From Sminthopsis crassicaudata (Eukaryota): a stretch of 64,000 bases of DNA. Of this stretch, positions 59,790 through 64,000 are shown piece after piece. Every line of letters begins with the position of its first letter. Positions within the stretch are counted from its first letter, which is position 1. Both the position numbers and the translations under genes were made by a program. The stretch lies in contig NC_133619.1 in the NCBI RefSeq assembly GCF_048593235.1, positions 591,535,963 to 591,599,962 on the forward strand, in the 5' to 3' direction. The notes under the pieces were generated by a model that was not told where the DNA came from, searched no databases, and worked only from the letters and a program-made list of their open reading frames with translations.

Positions 59790-60050
59790 AGAAACTTTTT
59801 AGGCTTCTATCTTGATGGGTCCATGTTAAGTATCATATGGACGATGGTTTTATCCAGCTTGGTCCCAAAGGACTCAATGAGGATCAATGTGCAATGTCAT
59901 AGAGTATGATATTTTGGTTTGATGCAAGGAATAACATTTTAGAAATTAGAGTTGTTTAAAAGAGGCATGGGCTGTTTCAGGAGATGAACTCTCCATCTCT
60001 GGAATTCTTCTATCAGAGGTCAGAATGATTACTCATTAGAAGTGTTTTAG
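59790..60050 (+). mobile_element. L3/CR1 3' fragment
   Basis: ttttggtttgatgcaaggaataacatttt...aattagag...atgggctgtttcaggagatgaactctccatctctgga. Confidence 0.65.
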
Positions 60051-60279
60051 GGGATTTTGTTGGATATAACTTGAAGTCTCTGAAGTCTTTTTCAATGCAG
60101 AGGTTCTGTAGGATCTAGTGCAACTATCCTGGGCACCTTTGTTTTGGCAGGTTCTAGCCTGTGAAAGATGGATTATGCAAGCTGACCCCTTCCTAGCACA
60201 AATGGGGCTTGCTTTGGGCATACTTAGATTGACTAACATGAAGACTCCTCAAGAAGTCTTTGGGGCAAGGCAAGATTGC

Positions 60280-60990
60280 CTAACCAAGCCTCTTTATATT
60301 TCCTTTGCAGTCTTCTTACACTTTATTCTCCTCCTTGCATTCTATAATATTGTAACACTGGCACATGTGCCATTCTTTGAACATGCTACTCCCAACTCCA
60401 TACCTTTAGCACTAGTCATCTCCATTCACCTATGCCATTTCATTTCTTTGGTTTCCTTCAAGAATCAGTTTAAATCCCATCTTCTCAAGGAGGTCCTACC
60501 CAACTCCCCCACTGATTTTACTACATTCTTCTGAGAACTCCTTCATTGATTCTGAATGTCTTTTGTATAGTGCATTATTTACATGTCTCCCTCATTAGAA
60601 TATGAGATCCTTGGATATATGGACCATTTTAATCTTTCTCTGTGTTTAACCTAGTTTTTACCAAGTGCTTATTAAGTGCCCATTGACTAAAAGAGAGATT
60701 GAATGTAGAGAATGTAGAGAGACCCATTAGGGGTTTATTGAGGCTAGAGAAGATGAAGGTCTGAATTAGAATGATGGTCACACGAGTGGAGAAAAGGGCT
60801 CAGATACAGATTAAGAATTAGCATGATGTGGTCATTGACTGGATATGGAGATGGGAGGGAAAGATGAATCTGAGGTTGTGAGCCTGATGTCTAGAAGGAT
60901 GGAGGGAGCTTCAGAAGAAGGATGGGTAGGGCTGGAATGGGGAAAGACAATATGTTCTATTTTGGACTTGTTGAGTTCAAGATGTACACA
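60280..60990. mobile_element. Two L2 fragments in opposite orientation (plus 60280-60690, minus 60690-60990)
   Basis: Plus-strand L2 3' end (cattagaatatgagatcc...aagtgcttattaag) abutting purine-rich antisense L2 body. Confidence 0.75.
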
Positions 60991-61214
60991 TAAGATTTCG
61001 GTTGAACTCTGCTCCATGCAAAGGAAACCAGGATTATCCCCTTCCTCTTTATGCTGAACAACTTTTAATACAATCAAAGCTCATTTTAGCTTTTTGAGTG
61101 GTCAGGCCATAGTATGAATTAGAATTGAGACCCAAAAGTATCATGAAAAATGGAGATCCTGACAAAGAGAAGGAAGTGCTGGGTCTTCCAGTTCCAAATC
61201 TAAGACTCCTTCTG

Positions 61215-61560
61215 CTATGTGGTGCTCAGCATGGAGCAAATCTCCAGCAAGGGGACCAAGGGAACCTTCCTCCTTGGTTCTGACCTCGCCTTCCCGGCTT
61301 CGGGCCTGCTCTTTGACAGACGGTGATTTTCTGAATAGCTAAGCATATGTAGAAAACCAAAATCAAATGACGGCATCAGCCTTGACAGAAATGCTGAACT
61401 AAGAATCATCCTTTGTCCTCCACTGAAGGACGCCACCTTGTTAAAAGAAAGCTTTATACACAGGCCTATCCAAGTTAGCATTCTGCGCCATTGGTGATCA
61501 TGTATATTTATGGAGGGGGTAACAATATGGAGTCTGGCTGCCTGCTTGCACAGCTTGCCA
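61215..61560. promoter_or_regulatory. CpG-retaining unique island, probable conserved non-coding element
   Basis: Seven CpGs between about 61285 and 61490; TTGACAGA at 61313 and 61382; TGACCT half-site. Confidence 0.35.
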
Positions 61561-61739
61561 ACTTTCCTAACATGGATGCAAGGTACACAGGAGTCAGATT
61601 TTCTGGATTTGGCTTTAGAGGAGGTAGATTTGAATCTTGGTTCTGCTGCTTATTGTCTGTGTGATCACAGGTAGGTCACTTAACCTGGAGACAATTTTTA
61701 AAATCTATTATATGAGGGGGGGTTATACCTCATGTAATC

Positions 61740-61935
61740 AGAGTTCTTGTCTTTTTGTATGTGTGTCATTGATCCCTTTGGCATTTCAGTGAAGCAAATG
61801 GATCCATTTTCAGAAAAAAATACATAAAGTAAAATACATAAGAATATAAAAGATATCTGTTATTTTGAAAATTCATTATCAAAATATAAAAAAGTTACAA
61901 GCCCGTGAATCTGTGGTCTCTAAAAGGGACCTATT
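61740..61935. mobile_element. MER5-like hAT remnant
   Basis: cagagttctt...gtcattgatccctttggca...gtgaagc...atggatccattttcagaa resembles the MER5 family as I recall it. Confidence 0.5.
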
Positions 61936-63019
61936 GCTAGCTGGTGACCATTGAAAAACTGGAGAGACCCCCAGGAACCTGAGAATTTAATAAATTTAAA
62001 ACTAGAAAGGACCATAGAGGTCATCTAATCTAAACATATCATTTTATAGTTAAGGAAATTAAGGTCCAGAGACGGAGATACTTACTTGCCTGTAGTCATA
62101 CAGGTAATGACCAAGGTGAATTTGAGATGTTTGACTCCCAAACCATTGATCATATTTATTGTAGAAGAATTTAGCTTCCACATATGAACATTTATTGAGT
62201 GCCTATTATTTGCAGAACGCTGTGCTTTGGTACTGAAGGATATATACGGATCACAAGACATAGTTCCTGCTCTCATGTTGTTTTACAAGTCTAACAGGGG
62301 AAGAGAAGATCTTCAAACATATAAATACTGGCAACGTGGTCAAGTGGAAACACACACACACATATAGACATGCACTATGGACTTGGAATAAAAGGCATGG
62401 GACTCAAATCTTGCTTTGTCATTCATTTACCTGTATGACTCTGGATAAGTGCCTTTATCTTGAGGGCTTAATTTACTCATTTTTCAAGAGCCTTATCCCA
62501 TGCTCCTTAGACCAGATTTGCTCTGCTGGACTCTAAAGGGAAGACTGAAGACTACAGGGTCTAGACCAAGCTCAGAATTGATGATCCCAGAAGCTACAAT
62601 GGGGAATATGTAACATAAGTAAACACGGCATAAATAAACAGAGCATCTCTCCCTTTTCTTCTCTTTCCCATCCTTGTCTCCAAATATAAGAATTCAGGGA
62701 GAGGAAAATGACGCATCCATGTGCCATGTGCATATTTTTTAGCCAACACTTACAAAGAAAATATTCAGGGATCAATATTTGTGATGAAACCTATTTCTGA
62801 CAAAAGTTTCCTCTTAGATAATTCTCCTCCCACAATTTCTTAAGTTCACAGAATTTTAGGGTTGGAAAGGCTCCTAGAAAGATTAGTCTAATCCATAACT
62901 GAGCTAGATCTTCCCTTGACCCCTTCAGACAACCTTCTCTTGAAGAGCTCTGATAATAGGAATCTCACTTGCTAAATAGTTTTCCTTTGTTAGTAAGTTC
63001 TTCCTAATTGTTGAGTCCA

Positions 63020-63480
63020 ATGATGAATCTGAGGTATTGACTAGTGATGCTGAGGAAATCATTTAACTTCCTTCAGATTCAGTTCCTCATTTATGAAATG
63101 AGGATAGGGTGCAATGAATAGAGCACAATAGTGGACACAAGGTCAGGAAGATTCATCTTCATGAGTCCAAATTCAACCTCAGATATTTATTAGCTATGTG
63201 ACCCTGGGCAAGTCACTTGACTATGAATGGCTCAATTTCTCCATCCTCAAAATGAGCATAAGAAAATGGTAAACTACTCTTATATTTTTTCCAAGAAAAC
63301 CCTAAAGTAGGCCACAAAAAGTTAGACAAAACTGAGCAACAAAAATGAGTATAATAATAGTACCTTAATCACCGGGATTTTGTAAGATCAAAGAAAATAA
63401 TATATCTAAAGTCCTTTGTAAACCTTGAATCATCATGCAAATTCTAATTATAGCATCATCACCATTATTTCTTTTATGAA
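63020..63480 (+). mobile_element. Composite MIR/MAR1 SINEs
   Basis: ggaagattcatcttcatgagtccaaattcaacctcagatatttattagctatgtgaccctgggcaagtcac...ccaagaaaacccta...aaactgagcaacaa, then a MIR tail. Confidence 0.8.
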
Positions 63481-64000
63481 GCTTAATTCTACATCTTGGT
63501 CAACTCCCTCTTTGGTCCCAAATCTGGCACAAGACTAATTCAAGAAACAAAGGATAAGACTGGGAAATTTGAAAGTAGTGATGAATCCACAAATACCTCC
63601 AGTGGCTCCCCAGATCAGAACATTTTCTGTTACAATGATATCCTTGTTTCCCAGCAGAGCCAGTCAAGCTAAGGCTTAAAGACCTATGTGACCAATGGGA
63701 ACCCTGACAGAAGCAGTCAAAGCACATGAATGACAATGGCTTCACCCAAATACAGACCACATGTAACTCCAGCTGTATGACTATTCTCTGGGATGGAACC
63801 ATGGATAGGAAGATAAAATAGAAACATATCAAGAGGGAGCTTGGTTCCAGATACATGGGTCTTTTACATCCTTGGTCACAGCAGCATTAGATATTAAAGT
63901 CTATTTTCAACTCTTTAGTCTGTCTTCATGGCTGGGCTCTCACTGTGAGGCTCTGCTGTCTGGCCCGTGAAGAAAGTCTTACAGTTCCTGGAGGTTCATT

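Noticed and set aside
60118-60534. 138-aa hydrophobic ORF
   Set aside because: The second half is L2 3' sequence; hydrophobicity reflects T-richness.
63500-63856. 118-aa Cys/His-rich ORF
   Set aside because: No zinc-finger spacing or recognisable family, and no supporting splice or promoter signals.

Overview
Non-coding, CpG-depleted mammalian genomic DNA, almost certainly from a marsupial. The evidence is MAR1-type SINEs, marsupial-type L1 3' UTRs, an RTE LINE and dense MIR/L2/L3 relics. It comes from a short-read draft assembly with five N gaps. I could not support any host protein-coding gene, tRNA, rRNA or CRISPR array: the long ORFs are either LINE fragments or compositional artefacts. 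Much of the window is layered transposable-element debris, including two L1 insertions with clear target-site duplications (one nested inside an RTE), a hAT MITE with a perfect 8-bp TSD, and a probable solo ERV LTR. Between the repeats lie motif-rich unique islands that look like enhancers or promoters (about 1.6, 9.4, 11.7, 16.3, 26.0, 36.9, 38.7-39.3, 41.1, 43.2, 46.9-47.4 and 61.3 kb). Structure not explained by annotation includes a ~175-bp, ~83%-identical inverted repeat pair of unrecognised sequence (4854-5030 / 5851-6023), two local duplications of L2 pieces near 27-33 kb, a three-copy 22-bp core with variable spacers at 45.3 kb, an identical 13-bp ZIC/CTCF-like motif in convergent orientation at 38.9 and 47.3 kb, and a candidate orphan exon beside a gap. 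None of these demonstrates a new biological system; they are testable leads. All alignments and counts were done by eye, family names come from recall rather than a database search, and repeat boundaries are approximate unless a TSD is quoted.
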